From positions 240,001 through 272,000 of the forward strand of contig NZ_CP015137.1 of the NCBI RefSeq assembly GCF_001644705.1: DNA of 32,000 nt, written 5' to 3'. Positions 11,004 through 22,475 of the stretch are shown piece by piece (positions within the stretch are counted from its first letter, which is position 1; each line of letters starts with the position of its first letter). This DNA comes from Dickeya solani IPO 2222. Its GTDB lineage: Bacteria > Pseudomonadota > Gammaproteobacteria > Enterobacterales > Enterobacteriaceae. Made by a program: the position numbers and the translations under genes. Below the pieces are notes generated by a model that was not told the origin of the DNA, did not search any database, and saw nothing but the letters and a program-made list of their open reading frames with translations.

Positions 11004-11234
11004 CCACGAATGTGGCATTTAATCGCGCGTTTACATTAACAAGCTGTACTATTTTTGTTCAGAAATCATCGAACATTTCACCAGATAATTAGTTGAAACA
11101 TCCACTTGAGTTTTTTTTACATTTAATTTCCATAAATGAATCTGACAGAGATATACTGATATTGCTCAGCTACAAGAGCCGTCTTAAACCTCGTTTAGTC
11201 ACTCACGGTAGTAACTAGTCAATAAGGGGTATTT

Positions 11235-11489
11235 ATGGACAGAAAAAATGAGATTATTCAAACGCACCCGCTAGTAGGCTGGGATATCAGTACCGTTGAC
11301 AGTTATGACGCAATGATGATCCGCCTGCATTACCTTTCTACGGCGGACCAGGCGCCAGATGAAGCGCAGGTTGACCGGACATTATGGTTAACCACGGACG
11401 TGGCAAAACAGCTTATCTCAATCCTGGAGGCTGGGATTGCCAAAATCGAGTCGAATGAATACCAACCTGCTGACTATCTTAAGCATTAA
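11235..11489 (+). CDS. bssS: Biofilm regulator BssS
   Basis: 84-aa ORF MDRKNEIIQTHPLVGWDISTVDSYDAMMIRLHY...TLWLTTDVAKQLISILEAGIAKIES, matching E. coli BssS nearly block for block. Confidence 0.9.
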   Translation: MDRKNEIIQTHPLVGWDISTVDSYDAMMIRLHYLSTADQAPDEAQVDRTLWLTTDVAKQLISILEAGIAKIESNEYQPADYLKH

Positions 11490-11535
11490 TATTTTTTATA
11501 TTTATCGTCATTCACCACTATCATTTCCTCCCCCT

Positions 11536-11559
11536 GACACCGCTCTCCAGAGCGGTGTC
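11536..11559 (+). terminator. Hairpin downstream of bssS (possible terminator)
   Basis: gacaccgctc-tcca-gagcggtgtc forms a perfect 10-bp stem. The T tract after it is weak (ttacca), so intrinsic termination is uncertain. Confidence 0.45.
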
Positions 11560-11865
11560 TTACCATCCACATTTTCATTACAACAAATTCAGTGCCTGAC
11601 TTGTTTGTGAAAAGAAATTCCACAGAAAATAAAATCAGAAAAATAAATAACTCAATTTAATAAGACAGCATTTATTTTCCCGAATTTAAATAAATAAATA
11701 TTTTAATAATCTTACTCAATTATCCAGAACAATAATGGCATGACAGTTTCAAATTTATTGAAATATAATAATATCGCATTGGATAGGCTATTTTTATATT
11801 GATTTTATTTTCCCGGATGTTTATTTTCCCGAAACAAAGGTTAACCTACGATAAGGATTTCAATA

Positions 11866-12420
11866 ATGCTTTGGCGTAATACGTCAACCCGCTATGGACA
11901 CATTAGCGTACTGCTGCACTGGATTACCGCTGCCACAGTATATGGCATGTTTGCATTAGGACTATGGATGGTTGCCCTGGGATATTACGATCCCTGGTAT
12001 CACAACGCACCTGAAATACATAAGGGCATAGGCATATTGCTGTTTCTGGCTCTGCTGTTCCGGGTAATATGGCGTTGGGTTTCTCCTCCTCCCCGCCCGC
12101 TATCCAGCTATTCCATACTGACGCGGATTGGTGCCACGCTGGCGCATATCTTCCTGTATCTGCTGTTATTCAGCATCCTGATTAGCGGTTATCTGATTTC
12201 TACCGCCGAAGGTCAGCCAATTTCCGTCTTTGGCTGGTTCTCTGTGCCCGCTACGCTAAGCGGCATTCAGGATCAGGCGGATACCGCTGGCACTATCCAT
12301 TTGTACCTTGCATGGGCGGTCGTCATTTTGTCCGTCTTGCATGCGCTGGCGGCATTTAAACACCACGTTATCGACCGTGACGCTACGTTAAAACGCATGT
12401 TGGGTCGACATGCGGATTAA
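11866..12420 (+). CDS. yceJ: Cytochrome b561 family protein (YceJ-like)
   Basis: 184-aa four-TM protein with conserved His residues (LLHW..., ...HALAAFKHH) typical of the Ni_hydr_CYTB/cytochrome b561 family. It lies immediately upstream of yceI, as in E. coli. Confidence 0.85.
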   Translation: MLWRNTSTRYGHISVLLHWITAATVYGMFALGLWMVALGYYDPWYHNAPEIHKGIGILLFLALLFRVIWRWVSPPPRPLSSYSILTRIGATLAHIFLYLLLFSILISGYLISTAEGQPISVFGWFSVPATLSGIQDQADTAGTIHLYLAWAVVILSVLHALAAFKHHVIDRDATLKRMLGRHAD

Positions 12421-12448
12421 TTCATTCTGGGTTTAAGGAGAAATACCG

Positions 12449-13027
12449 ATGTTTAAGAAAGCACTTGTGGGCATGACTATGGCCTCCCTGTTTAGCTGGG
12501 CGGGAGCCGCCGCCGCCGCCGATTATAAAATTGACAAGGAAGGACAACATGCGTTTGTTCAGTTCCGTATCAAGCATCTGGGATACAGCTGGTTATACGG
12601 TACGTTCAAAGATTTCGACGGCGCATTTACCTTTGATGAAAATAATCCCTCCGCAGACAAAGTCAGCGTAACCATCAATATCAACAGTGTTGACACCAAC
12701 CATGCCGAACGTGACAAACATATTCGCAGCGCCGAATTCCTGAATGTCGCCAAACACCCTCAGGCGACATTTGCATCCACCGAAGTGAAAAAAGACGGCG
12801 ATGAACTGAAAATTACCGGCAACCTGACGTTGAATGGCGTAACCAAGCCGCTGACACTGGAAGCAAAAGCGCTGGGTCAGGGTAATGACCCATGGGGGAA
12901 TTATCGTGCCGGTTTTGAAGCCGAAGGGAAACTGAAACTGAAAGACTTTAATATCACTACCGATCTTGGCCCGGCTTCTCAGGAAGTGGAGCTGATCATT
13001 TCAGTCGAAGGTATTCGTCAGAAATAA
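12449..13027 (+). CDS. yceI: YceI family periplasmic polyisoprenoid-binding protein
   Basis: 192 aa with a signal peptide ([23 protein letters not shown]) and YceI motifs ([45 protein letters not shown]). AAGGAG lies upstream of the start. Confidence 0.9.
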   Translation: MFKKALVGMTMASLFSWAGAAAAADYKIDKEGQHAFVQFRIKHLGYSWLYGTFKDFDGAFTFDENNPSADKVSVTININSVDTNHAERDKHIRSAEFLNVAKHPQATFASTEVKKDGDELKITGNLTLNGVTKPLTLEAKALGQGNDPWGNYRAGFEAEGKLKLKDFNITTDLGPASQEVELIISVEGIRQK

Positions 13028-13033
13028 TATTTT

Positions 13034-13064
13034 GCGCAGAGTCTCTAATAGGCTCTGCGCTTTT
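13034..13064. terminator. Terminator hairpin between the convergent yceI and trhO genes
   Basis: gcgcagag...ctctgcgc stem (13034-13060) followed by tttt on the plus strand. It sits between the two stop codons. Confidence 0.65.
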
Positions 13065-13075
13065 CGCCATTAGCG

Positions 13076-14134
13076 CTATTTTTTCTCTTCCGGAGCGGGA
13101 ATACCCAAGGTGGTATTCAGCAATCCTTTAGACTTATTGAAGATCTTCATGCTGATTTCGCGATTTTTCCGGCGCTGACGCTGCTCTTCAAGCGGTAACT
13201 GGATCTCATCCTGGCACACGGCACTACAGCATCCCTCATATTTTTCCGCACACGTCGGGCATTGAATAAACAGTAAGTGGCATCCCTGATTCTTACAGTT
13301 GGCATGGGTATCGCAGGGCTCACCACATTGATGGCAATGGGCAATCACATCCCCGGATACGCGTTCCCCCATCCGTTCGTCAAATACAAAGTTTTTGCCG
13401 ATAAATCTGAGGGGCAACCCGTTGGCTTTAGCCTGTCGCACGTATTCAATGATGCCGCCTTCAACGTGATAGACATTCCTGAAACCATGATGGAGCATGT
13501 AGGCGCTGGCTTTTTCACAGCGAATCCCGCCGGTGCAATACATCACAATATTCTTGTCACGTGCGTCCTCCAGCATATCGACCGCCATCGGCAACTGCTC
13601 GCGGAACGTATCGGAAGGAACTTCCATCGCATTTTCAAAATGGCCGACTTCATACTCGTAATGATTACGCATATCCACAAACAACGTATCAGGATCGTCC
13701 GCCATCCGGTTGACCTCTTCCGCTTTGAGATACTGTCCGACCCGGGTCGGATCGAAGCTGGCATCATCAATACCATCGGCGACAATGCGATCCCGCACTT
13801 TCATGCGCAATACCCAAAATGACTTACCGTCATCTTCCAGCGCGACATTCAGCCGAATCCCATTCAGCGCCGGATTCGAACCGAACAGGGCGCGACGAAA
13901 GTCCTCAAAATGGCTGGCCGGAACGCTGATTTGCGCGTTAATCCCCTCTCTGGCGATATAAACGCGACCAAATACCTTTATATGGCTAAAAGCGATATAA
14001 AGCGCATCGCGGAAGGCCTGTGGGTCGTCCAACTGGAAGTATTTGTAAAAGGAAACTGTGGTGCGCGGCTCGGTTTCAGCGAGCATGCGCGCTTTCAGTT
14101 CCTCATTGGAAACACGGTTATGTAACACTGGCAT
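13076..14134 (-). CDS. trhO: Rhodanese-domain tRNA uridine(34) hydroxylase TrhO (YceA)
   Basis: 352 aa. It has the YceA N-terminal pattern ([17 protein letters not shown]...[16 protein letters not shown]), the rhodanese active-site loop [10 protein letters not shown] and a Cys-rich C-terminus. Confidence 0.92.
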   Translation of the reverse strand: MPVLHNRVSNEELKARMLAETEPRTTVSFYKYFQLDDPQAFRDALYIAFSHIKVFGRVYIAREGINAQISVPASHFEDFRRALFGSNPALNGIRLNVALEDDGKSFWVLRMKVRDRIVADGIDDASFDPTRVGQYLKAEEVNRMADDPDTLFVDMRNHYEYEVGHFENAMEVPSDTFREQLPMAVDMLEDARDKNIVMYCTGGIRCEKASAYMLHHGFRNVYHVEGGIIEYVRQAKANGLPLRFIGKNFVFDERMGERVSGDVIAHCHQCGEPCDTHANCKNQGCHLLFIQCPTCAEKYEGCCSAVCQDEIQLPLEEQRQRRKNREISMKIFNKSKGLLNTTLGIPAPEEKK

Positions 14135-14343
14135 GGTGTACTATCCTGTTTTTATTGAGGTGAATAGCGTTAAGATGATATGAAGGCGATGTTGCGCAAA
14201 CAATAAATTGCCGCCGCATCATACACGAGGGATAGCATACTGTCAGTGAATGACGTGCATATCGGAATGTGAAATCGTTATTTCAGGCGCAGCGACATCT
14301 CTGGCAATGTTTCCCGGGCATATCTCAGACGGAGGTTATCTTC

Positions 14344-15441
14344 ATGAGCAAACTGTTCAGCCCATTGGCATTGGGAAACCTGACGCTGCCAAACCGTATT
14401 ATCATCGCGCCGATGTGCCAGTACTCAGCTGAAAATGGCAAAGCGACCGAATGGCACATGATGCATCTGGGGACGCTGTCGCACTCCGGTGCCGGGTTAT
14501 TGATTCTGGAAGCCACCGCCGTCCTGCCGGAGGGGCGCATCTCGCCGCAGGACCTCGGCCTGTGGGACGACGATACCGAACGCGCACTGGCACCGGTTGT
14601 GCGGGGCATCCGCAAGCACTCAACCATCCCGTTGGGCATCCAGCTCGGCCACGCCGGCCGCAAGGCCTCAACCGGAGCGCCCTGGGCCAATCGAACATTC
14701 CTGTCCCCTGAGCAAGGCGGCTGGCAGACGGTGGCACCCTCCGCGTTGCCTTACCATCCGGATGACACCCCGCCTATTGCCATGAGCCACGACCAAATCA
14801 AGAACCTGATTGATGCCTTTGCCGCCTCGGCCAGACGGGCAGATCGGCTGGGGTTCGATTTGATCGAGATCCATGCCGCTCACGGTTACCTGTTGCACCA
14901 GTTTCTTTCGCCATTAACCAACCAGCGCGACGACGAATATGGGGGTTCGCTGACAAACCGAATGCGCCTGCTGCGTGAGGTTTATATGGCTGTGCGTGAA
15001 GTGCTTCCGCCTCATAAAGCCGTGGGCGTCCGCATTTCCGCCACTGATGCCGTCGAGGGTGGCTGGGATCTGGCGCAGTCCATTGAACTCGGCCACTTGT
15101 TACGTCAGCTGGGATGCGACTATATTCATGTCTCCAGCGGCGGTCTGTCACCCTTGCAGCAAATTCATCCCGCACCCAATTATCAGGTGCCTTTCGCACA
15201 AAAAATTCGTCGGGAAACCGGGCTGGTGACCATCGCCGTCGGTTTGATCACCGAGCCCGAGCAGGCGGAAGCTATTCTGGCGACCGAAGAGGCAGATGCG
15301 GTAGCCCTTGCTCGCGCGATTTTGTTCAATCCACGCTGGCCGTGGCACGCGGCGATCCGGCTGAAAGAAAAAGTTACCGCGCCTCCCCAGTACTGGCGCT
15401 GCGAACCGCATTACGCCAAAGGGTTGTTCACCCCGTTATAA
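14344..15441 (+). CDS. NADH:flavin oxidoreductase, Old Yellow Enzyme family (YqjM/NamA-like)
   Basis: MSKLFSPLALGNLTLPNRIIIAPMCQYSA...HAGRKAS...IEIHAAHGYLLHQFLSPLTNQRDDEYGGSL are the classic OYE motifs. A GGAGG lies 8 nt upstream of the ATG at 14344. The 25-codon extension in the ORF track is probably not translated. Confidence 0.88.
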   Translation: MSKLFSPLALGNLTLPNRIIIAPMCQYSAENGKATEWHMMHLGTLSHSGAGLLILEATAVLPEGRISPQDLGLWDDDTERALAPVVRGIRKHSTIPLGIQLGHAGRKASTGAPWANRTFLSPEQGGWQTVAPSALPYHPDDTPPIAMSHDQIKNLIDAFAASARRADRLGFDLIEIHAAHGYLLHQFLSPLTNQRDDEYGGSLTNRMRLLREVYMAVREVLPPHKAVGVRISATDAVEGGWDLAQSIELGHLLRQLGCDYIHVSSGGLSPLQQIHPAPNYQVPFAQKIRRETGLVTIAVGLITEPEQAEAILATEEADAVALARAILFNPRWPWHAAIRLKEKVTAPPQYWRCEPHYAKGLFTPL

Positions 15442-15674
15442 ATTGATGTCCCCGCCGCCCAGTGCGGGGACAGAGCAACCCAATGTCACCAAACGCTAAA
15501 ACCCATATCCCTCAAATGCTATTATGGATACCGTGTTGAATTTGCGGATAAAAGCAGCAAGCGTATTCTTTCATTAACCACGCCGCTTTCGGCTATTCTG
15601 TTAGAAATCGAGAAATCGCTGATTCATTGCATTAACCGTCGGTGCGTTGTTCGCCGTTTTTTGATACTGAGGCC

Positions 15675-16595
15675 ATGACACAAATCCCCTCTTTCCATCG
15701 CTCACTATTACACCCTCGCTACTGGCCGATGTGGTCAGTCATTGTCCTTCTCTATCTGCTGGTATTGCTGCCTTATCCCCTCATTTACCGCATCGGTACC
15801 GGGCTGGGAAGATTGTCCATGCTTTTTCTAAAACATCGCGTCGCTATCGCCCATCGCAATCTGCAACTCTGTTTTCCGGATATGCCCGCAGAACAACGCA
15901 AACAGCTGGTGAAGAAAAATTTTGAATCCGTCGGTATGGGGGTGATGGAAACCGGTATGGCCTGGTTCTGGCCTGACTGGCGGGTAGAACGTTGGTTCAA
16001 GGTGACAGGTATCGAAAATATACAACCCTTGCGTGAACAAAAGCGCGGCGTATTGTTGATTGGCCTGCATTTTCTAACCCTGGAATTGGGCGCACGCATC
16101 TTCGGCCTGCAAAATGCAGGGATCGGCGTTTACCGCCCCAATGACAATAAACTGATCGACTGGCTGCAAACCTGGGGCAGAATGCGCTCCAACAAATCAA
16201 TGCTGGATCGCAAGGATTTAAAAGGCATGATCCGCGCCCTGAAACAGGGAGAAATTATCTGGTACGCCCCCGATCATGACTACGGCCCGCGCAGCAGCGT
16301 ATTCGTCCCCTTGTTTGCCGTCGAGAAAACGGCGACCACCGTCGGCAGTTACATGTTGGCCCGAGCCGCCAAACCCGCTATCGTCCCGTTTGTTCCCCGC
16401 CGCTTGCCGGATGCCAAGGGTTATGAATTGATTATTCAGCCTGCGCAGTTGGATATCCCGCTGGAAAGTGAGGAAGCGACCGCGGCCTGGATGAACAAGC
16501 TGGTTGAAGAAAATATCCTGCTGGCGCCGGACCAATACATGTGGCTGCATCGACGCTTCAAAACACGCCCAGCTGGGGAACCTTCGCTGTACTAA
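15675..16595 (+). CDS. lpxL: Lipid A biosynthesis lauroyl (Kdo2-lipid IVA) acyltransferase
   Basis: [17 protein letters not shown] aligns with E. coli LpxL MTNLPKFSTALLHPRYW. The rest is highly similar ([40 protein letters not shown]). The position next to mdtG supports lpxL rather than lpxM or lpxP. The ATG at 15675 is preferred to the GTG at 15642. Confidence 0.9.
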   Translation: MTQIPSFHRSLLHPRYWPMWSVIVLLYLLVLLPYPLIYRIGTGLGRLSMLFLKHRVAIAHRNLQLCFPDMPAEQRKQLVKKNFESVGMGVMETGMAWFWPDWRVERWFKVTGIENIQPLREQKRGVLLIGLHFLTLELGARIFGLQNAGIGVYRPNDNKLIDWLQTWGRMRSNKSMLDRKDLKGMIRALKQGEIIWYAPDHDYGPRSSVFVPLFAVEKTATTVGSYMLARAAKPAIVPFVPRRLPDAKGYELIIQPAQLDIPLESEEATAAWMNKLVEENILLAPDQYMWLHRRFKTRPAGEPSLY

Positions 16596-16625
16596 GCCCT
16601 GGGACATCCCAGTCAGGAAAATACG

Positions 16626-17852
16626 ATGAATGACACCGCCCCGATTGACTGGAAACGCAACCTCTACATCGCCTGGTTGGGATGTTTCTTTACCGGGGCC
16701 GCCTTCAGCCTGGTCATGCCCTTTCTTTCACTGTATGTCGAGCAACTTGGCATACAGGGCCATGAAGCGTTGAATCTGTGGTCGGGCGTGGTTTTCAGCA
16801 TTACCTTTCTGTTTTCAGCTATCGCTTCGCCGTTCTGGGGACGTCTTGCCGATCGTAAAGGACGCAAGCTGATGTTGCTGCGCTCGGCATTAGGGATGGC
16901 GATAGTGATGGCGTTGATGGGGCTGGTGCAAAATATCTGGCAGTTTCTGCTGCTCAGAGCGGCATTGGGTATCCTGGGAGGCTTCGTGCCTAACGCTAAT
17001 GCCCTGATTGCCACCCAAGTGCCCCGCAATCGTAGCGGCTGGGCCCTGGGAACGCTGTCCACCGGCGCAGTGGGCGGCGCTCTGCTCGGCCCGCTACTGG
17101 GCGGTTATCTGGCGGATACCTTTGGCTTGCGGCCGGTCTTTTTTATCACTGCCGTGGTCTTGTTCATCTGTTTTCTGATTACGTTCTTTCTCATCCGGGA
17201 ACGCATTGAACCTATTCGGAAAAAGGACATGCTCAGTGGGCGCCAGGTGATGATTTCACTAAAAAACCCGCATCTGGTGATGAGCCTGTTTGTGACGACC
17301 ATGATTATCCAGATAGCCACGGGCTCCATCGCGCCAATTCTGACGTTATATGTGCGTGAACTGGCGGGGCAGACCGATAATCTGGCCTTTATCAGCGGCG
17401 CCATTGCCGCCATTCCGGGTGTATCGGCACTGTTGAGCGCCCCACGATTGGGAAAACTCGGCGACAAGATTGGCCCGGAGCGCATCCTGATCGCCATGTT
17501 GATACTCTCAGTGCTATTGCTGATTCCCATGGCGTTCGTGCAATCGCCCTGGCAACTGGCGTTGCTGCGTTTCCTGCTGGGAGCCGCTGACGGCGCGTTG
17601 TTACCCGCCGTACAAACGTTGCTGCTCTACCATTCTTCTCATCAGGTCGCCGGCCGGATATTCAGTTATAACCAATCATTCCGTGATGTCGGCAACGTGA
17701 CAGGCCCGTTACTGGGTGCCAGCATTTCTGCCAGCTTCGGGTTCAGAGCCGTATTTCTGGTTACCGCTGCCGTCGTGATAATCAACGCGTTCTATTCATG
17801 GTTCTCTCTGCGCCGCAAACCTCACCACGTCCCGGTATCCGAACCAGAATAA
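16626..17852 (+). CDS. mdtG: MFS multidrug efflux transporter MdtG (YceE)
   Basis: 408 aa with 12 predicted TM segments. It is near-colinear with E. coli MdtG ([48 protein letters not shown]). Confidence 0.92.
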   Translation: MNDTAPIDWKRNLYIAWLGCFFTGAAFSLVMPFLSLYVEQLGIQGHEALNLWSGVVFSITFLFSAIASPFWGRLADRKGRKLMLLRSALGMAIVMALMGLVQNIWQFLLLRAALGILGGFVPNANALIATQVPRNRSGWALGTLSTGAVGGALLGPLLGGYLADTFGLRPVFFITAVVLFICFLITFFLIRERIEPIRKKDMLSGRQVMISLKNPHLVMSLFVTTMIIQIATGSIAPILTLYVRELAGQTDNLAFISGAIAAIPGVSALLSAPRLGKLGDKIGPERILIAMLILSVLLLIPMAFVQSPWQLALLRFLLGAADGALLPAVQTLLLYHSSHQVAGRIFSYNQSFRDVGNVTGPLLGASISASFGFRAVFLVTAAVVIINAFYSWFSLRRKPHHVPVSEPE

Positions 17853-17910
17853 AGCGTTTTCCCCGGTACGGGATAAAAGTAATCCCGACAATGGGCAGTA
17901 TTCAGCCCAT

Positions 17911-17941
17911 AAAAAAAGCAACGGACTGGCCGTTGCTTTTT
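17911..17941. terminator. Bidirectional rho-independent terminator between mdtG and opgH
   Basis: The pattern is A7, gcaacgg (17918-17924), actgg, ccgttgc (17930-17936), then T5. The stem is flanked by an A run and a T run, so it can serve both convergent genes. Confidence 0.8.
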
Positions 17942-17957
17942 CGTCGGTTGCCCTGAC

Positions 17958-20510
17958 TTACTGGGCGCTTTTAATCACCGGAGCGGCAAGCGTCTGGTAA
18001 TGGCTTCGCCAGTCGCTATGAGTTTCCGGCTGACTCCACACCCGATAGTGCAGGCGAGCCAAGGTTACCGGGTCGCTAATCAACGCCAGACGCAGATTGC
18101 CATCGACATCCTGAGGTTTGCGATTCAGCGCATCATTGACACGCTGTTCACGCATATCCTCAATCGGCTTGCTGAAGCGGTGACGCGCCGTCGCCATTGC
18201 GCTGGTCAGCGCATTGATCGACGGATCAAAGACAGCATGCATGAAGCCATGCTCCAGCTTACGCTCACGATTGCGACGGAAATACTCATCGGTCGCTACC
18301 AGTTCACGCGGCGGATCGTACTCTTCCGGAATCAGCAACAGTTTGGCGCGCTTGCAAGCCAGCCCCAAACCCGCACGGCTGGACAGCACTGACACCAGCG
18401 GCGACAGGATCAACGAGAATACGATAGGCGCCAGCCACCACAGGAAGCGCAAATCCAGCCACGCCATGCCGCCCGCCCAAACCAGCCCCAGCAGCAGCTG
18501 GGAACCATGGCGGGTGAAGGCTTCACTCCAGGGTGTAGCATCATCATCACGCTGCGGTGATTTCCACTGCACCGACCATCCCAGAAACGCGCTGACCACA
18601 AACACCGTGTGGAACAACATGCGTACCGGCGCCAGCAGCACGGAAAACAGCATTTCAACCAGCAGAGAGATAAACAGCTTGGCCGATCCGCCGTATGATT
18701 TAGCGCCTTTAGCGCACACCAGAATGACGCTCAGCAACTTCGGCAGGAACAGCAGAACCAATGTTGTCGAGAACAAGGCTATCGCCAGCTCCGGCCGCCA
18801 CTGCGGCCATACTGGAAACAGCTGACGAGGCTGCAGGAAGTACTGCGGCTCCATCAGCGTGTGCACCACCTGCAATGCCGTAGAGAGCGCCAGGAACATG
18901 AACCACAACGGTGCGGACAGGTAAGACATCACCCCGGTCAGGAACACCGCACGGTGCACCGGGTGCATACCTTTCACCAGGAACAGCCTGAAGTTCATCA
19001 GGTTGCCGTGACACCAGCGACGGTCGCGTTTCAATTCATCCAGCAGGTTAGGCGGCAGTTCTTCATAGCTGCCCGGTAGATCGTAGGCAATCCACACTCC
19101 CCACCCGGCGCGGCGCATCAGCGCAGCTTCAACGAAGTCGTGCGACAGGATGGAGCCGGCAAAAGACCCTTCGCCCGGCAGCGGCGCCAGCGCACAATGC
19201 TCAATGAACGGCTTAACACGGATGATGGCGTTATGACCCCAGTAATGGGATTCACCCAATTGCCAGAAGTGCAAACCGGCAGTGAACAGCGGGCCATAAA
19301 CACGGGTAGCAAACTGCTGGCAGCGGGCATACAACGTATCCATACCCGATGCACGCGGTGCAGACTGGATAATCCCGGCTCTTGGATTGGCTTCCATCAG
19401 CCGAACCAGCGAAGTCAGGCATTCGCCGCTCATGACGCTGTCGGCATCCAGTACCACCATATAGCTATACTGGTTGCCCCAGCGACGGCAGAAGTCATCA
19501 ATGTTGCCGCTCTTGCGCTTCACACGGCGACGGCGACGGCGATAGAAGATACGACCCGCACCGCCGACTTCACGGCACAAATCCATCCACGCTTTCTGTT
19601 CAGCGACGCAGATATCCGGGTCATTACTGTCGCTGAGCACATAAATGTCAAAATGATCCAGCTCGCCGGTAGCCTCAACCGACTCGTACGTCGCCCGCAA
19701 TCCCGCAAAGACACGCTCCACATCTTCGTTACAGATCGGCATGATCAGCGCCGTGCGGTGCGCCGGATTCAACGGTTCATTTCCGGTCGTTGTCGACGAA
19801 ATACTGTATTTGTCTTTTCCGATCAGCAGTTGCAGAAACCCCATTAGTGCGGTCCAGAAACCGGCCGATACCCAGCAAAACAGGATAGCGAACAGGATCA
19901 AAATCCCACTTTGCAGCACATAGGGCAGCATTTGCATGACCGTACGCCATACGTCCTGATGCACCATTGCAAAAGGATCGATTAACGCCCATCCCTGATA
20001 AGGAAGAATGGTCTTCATATACCAGGTGGCGATGGCGGTCTGAAACAGCGTCAGCAGTAGCAGAATATAACGGCGCAGCGTCCCTACCTTGCGCCAGCGA
20101 TTCTCCGCTTCGTTCTCTTCCGCCGTCTTATACTGATGGCGGAGTGGTTTGGAACGCCCGTTGATCATATCCCACCAGCGCGCCATCGGGTTTGTCTGCC
20201 AGGCGTCGGGGAACATTGAAGCACGGGTGATGCGCGGCATCGCCTGCAGCGCCGTACGCCCTTCACGATCTTTATCCAGTTGTTTGCCGCCGTTCAGCCC
20301 GTCATCCCATGCCTGCTCCAGACGACGCGGTACGGAAACCAGCGGAATATCATCCGGCGATTGCATAGTGACGACAGAACCATCAGACAGAGACTGATGT
20401 AAGGAAGACAGATCCTGAGACGAGGACAAACTCTCACGCAGGGCCTCTGCCTGCTCGGCAGGCAGAGGCAATTTCTCGATATACTCGAGAGTAGAAGTTG
20501 ATTTATTCAT
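17958..20510 (-). CDS. opgH: Osmoregulated periplasmic glucans biosynthesis glucosyltransferase H
   Basis: 850-aa polytopic membrane GT2 protein ([56 protein letters not shown]). Its ATG overlaps the opgG stop codon (ATGAATAA). Confidence 0.96.
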   Translation of the reverse strand: MNKSTSTLEYIEKLPLPAEQAEALRESLSSSQDLSSLHQSLSDGSVVTMQSPDDIPLVSVPRRLEQAWDDGLNGGKQLDKDREGRTALQAMPRITRASMFPDAWQTNPMARWWDMINGRSKPLRHQYKTAEENEAENRWRKVGTLRRYILLLLTLFQTAIATWYMKTILPYQGWALIDPFAMVHQDVWRTVMQMLPYVLQSGILILFAILFCWVSAGFWTALMGFLQLLIGKDKYSISSTTTGNEPLNPAHRTALIMPICNEDVERVFAGLRATYESVEATGELDHFDIYVLSDSNDPDICVAEQKAWMDLCREVGGAGRIFYRRRRRRVKRKSGNIDDFCRRWGNQYSYMVVLDADSVMSGECLTSLVRLMEANPRAGIIQSAPRASGMDTLYARCQQFATRVYGPLFTAGLHFWQLGESHYWGHNAIIRVKPFIEHCALAPLPGEGSFAGSILSHDFVEAALMRRAGWGVWIAYDLPGSYEELPPNLLDELKRDRRWCHGNLMNFRLFLVKGMHPVHRAVFLTGVMSYLSAPLWFMFLALSTALQVVHTLMEPQYFLQPRQLFPVWPQWRPELAIALFSTTLVLLFLPKLLSVILVCAKGAKSYGGSAKLFISLLVEMLFSVLLAPVRMLFHTVFVVSAFLGWSVQWKSPQRDDDATPWSEAFTRHGSQLLLGLVWAGGMAWLDLRFLWWLAPIVFSLILSPLVSVLSSRAGLGLACKRAKLLLIPEEYDPPRELVATDEYFRRNRERKLEHGFMHAVFDPSINALTSAMATARHRFSKPIEDMREQRVNDALNRKPQDVDGNLRLALISDPVTLARLHYRVWSQPETHSDWRSHYQTLAAPVIKSAQ

Positions 20511-22071
20511 TAGCAGGCAGCTGATAGCTCCAGGTTTCAGTCAATGTGCTTTCGCCATTGACCAGTGCCGCTCGCATTTCCGTCGGCTGCTTGTTGTCCT
20601 TCACTTTCAGACGCAGTGTCAGACGCCAGCCATGGGTTACCGGATTATAGCGAACACTGTTTTCCACAATTTCGCCGTTGTCACCGATGCTGGCTTGCGA
20701 CGTAACCGGCGTATTCGGATCCAGATCCTTCATTTTACCGCCGACAAAATCGACCAGGAATGCAGTGGTGCCGTCCGCCTGACGAATCAGATTGGACTGT
20801 TTCACATCGCCGGTTGAACGCATGGTCTGCATCACATACGCCTGTTCCGATGAATGCAGCGCTTCTTCATCCTTAGTGAAATGCAGGCGGTACTTAACTT
20901 CCAGCGGTTTGCCTTTCTCTGGAAGGGTTTCCGGCGTCCAGAAAGCCACGATGTTATCGTTAGTTTCATCCGCTGTCGGAATCTCTACCAGTTCAACCTT
21001 GCCTTTACCCCAGTCGCCCTTGGTTTCAATCCAGCCGCTGGGACGCAGATCGTAACGATCGTCTAAATCTTCATAACCGGAGAAATCGCGACCACGCTGC
21101 AGCAGCCCGAAGCCCTTTGGATTTTCAATCGTATAGGTGCTCACCGCCAGATGCTTCGGATTATTCAGCGGACGCCAGATCCACTCGCCGTTGCCGGCAT
21201 GGATAGACAAGCCGTTGGAATCATGCAGCGCCGGACGATAGTTCAGCGTCGGAGACGGCTGGTTCGGCCCAAACAGGAACATACTGGTCAACGGCGCCAC
21301 ACCCAGTTTGCCCACTTTGTCGCGCAGATAAACCTTCGCGTCCACATCCATCATGCTGTCGCTGCCCGGATAGAGCACAAAGCGGTAAGCACCAACGGAA
21401 CGTGGAGAATCCAGCAACGCGTAAATCACCAGATGTTTGTCTTCCGGCTTCGGATGCTCAATCCAGAACTCGCGGAAACGCGGGAACTCTTCGCCAGACG
21501 GCAGCGCCGTGTCGATAGCCAGGCCACGGGCAGACAGACCATACACTTGTCCTTTGCCCACCACGCGGAAATAGCTCGCACCCAGCATACTGAGAATTTC
21601 GTCGTGCTTATCCGCTTTGTTGATCGGGTAAAGCACCTTGAAACCAGCAAAGCCCAGATCTTTCACCATGGCCGGATCATGGTTGACAGATCCAAAATTG
21701 AAATAGTCGGTAGAATATTTGATTTCGTTGACTTCAGTGGCAGTCACTTCATTGATTTTGACCGGAATGTCAAAATACATGCCCTGATGGTAGAACTGCA
21801 GTTTGAAAGGCGTCTGGTCCGAATTCCAGTAGGATTTATCCTGGTTGAAGCGAATCTGCTGATAATCGGCGAATTTCATGTCGCGAAATTGGGCCGGAAG
21901 ATTACTCTTTGGCGCTTCATACCCCTTTTCAGCAAGCTTTTCCGCCTTTTGCGCAACATCGTCAATGGAAAAAGCCCAGGCGTGCAATGATGTCAGAGAC
22001 AGCATAACCGCAGCTGAAACCCAGCGAAGATTGACAACCCGCTGCTTAACCCTAAATTTATTAACCAGCAC
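20503..22071 (-). CDS. opgG: Osmoregulated periplasmic glucans biosynthesis protein G
   Basis: Strong colinearity with E. coli OpgG from the signal peptide onward ([18 protein letters not shown]|FSIDDV... to ...[11 protein letters not shown]). The start is uncertain. I prefer the GTG at 22071, preceded by GGGGGAGAT. The only in-frame upstream ATG, at 22173, would add about 34 AT-rich codons with no SD sequence. Confidence 0.93.
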   Translation of the reverse strand: MLVNKFRVKQRVVNLRWVSAAVMLSLTSLHAWAFSIDDVAQKAEKLAEKGYEAPKSNLPAQFRDMKFADYQQIRFNQDKSYWNSDQTPFKLQFYHQGMYFDIPVKINEVTATEVNEIKYSTDYFNFGSVNHDPAMVKDLGFAGFKVLYPINKADKHDEILSMLGASYFRVVGKGQVYGLSARGLAIDTALPSGEEFPRFREFWIEHPKPEDKHLVIYALLDSPRSVGAYRFVLYPGSDSMMDVDAKVYLRDKVGKLGVAPLTSMFLFGPNQPSPTLNYRPALHDSNGLSIHAGNGEWIWRPLNNPKHLAVSTYTIENPKGFGLLQRGRDFSGYEDLDDRYDLRPSGWIETKGDWGKGKVELVEIPTADETNDNIVAFWTPETLPEKGKPLEVKYRLHFTKDEEALHSSEQAYVMQTMRSTGDVKQSNLIRQADGTTAFLVDFVGGKMKDLDPNTPVTSQASIGDNGEIVENSVRYNPVTHGWRLTLRLKVKDNKQPTEMRAALVNGESTLTETWSYQLPANE

Positions 22072-22475
22072 ATCTCCCCCTGTATGTGTGCCTAAATCAA
22101 CTAAAACCCATATTAATGGATAAGTTAGCTTTCCGACAACTTGAGAAAAGAATGGTTCATCATAATAGGTCATCGTTTAAACAATATTGACACGCCTACA
22201 ATGACAAACCGCCTTTTCAGGATAAAAAACCATAACGGATATCGCCCTAAAAATGCCTAGGAATAGTCCGTTGAGAAACGAGGTAAATTTTCCTCTCACA
22301 TGACTACAGTAGCAAGAAACTTCTGGGTCTGACGGCCATTAACCGGTGTTTTATGGAAAGCAGAACGCAACTTTTTCACTTGCAATGATCAAAAAAGAAC
22401 ATTTTCTTAACCCTTATTCCATGATCGGGTACAGTGTCGTCTATGTTGCCTTTTTCTCATCATCACATGTAACGC

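Noticed and set aside
19140-21990. 235-aa (19140..19847) and 279-aa (21151..21990) plus-strand ORFs
   Set aside because: They are antisense shadows of opgH and opgG. They are Arg/His/Gln-rich with no start signals.
22196-22215. CusR/CopR-type copper box in the opgG / DUF2946 divergent region (aatgacaaaccgcctttt)
   Set aside because: Only the left half-site (ATGACAA) matches, and the right half bears no resemblance to TTGTCAT. No Fur-box-like sequence was convincing either (gcaatgatcaaaaaagaac at about 22382-22400).
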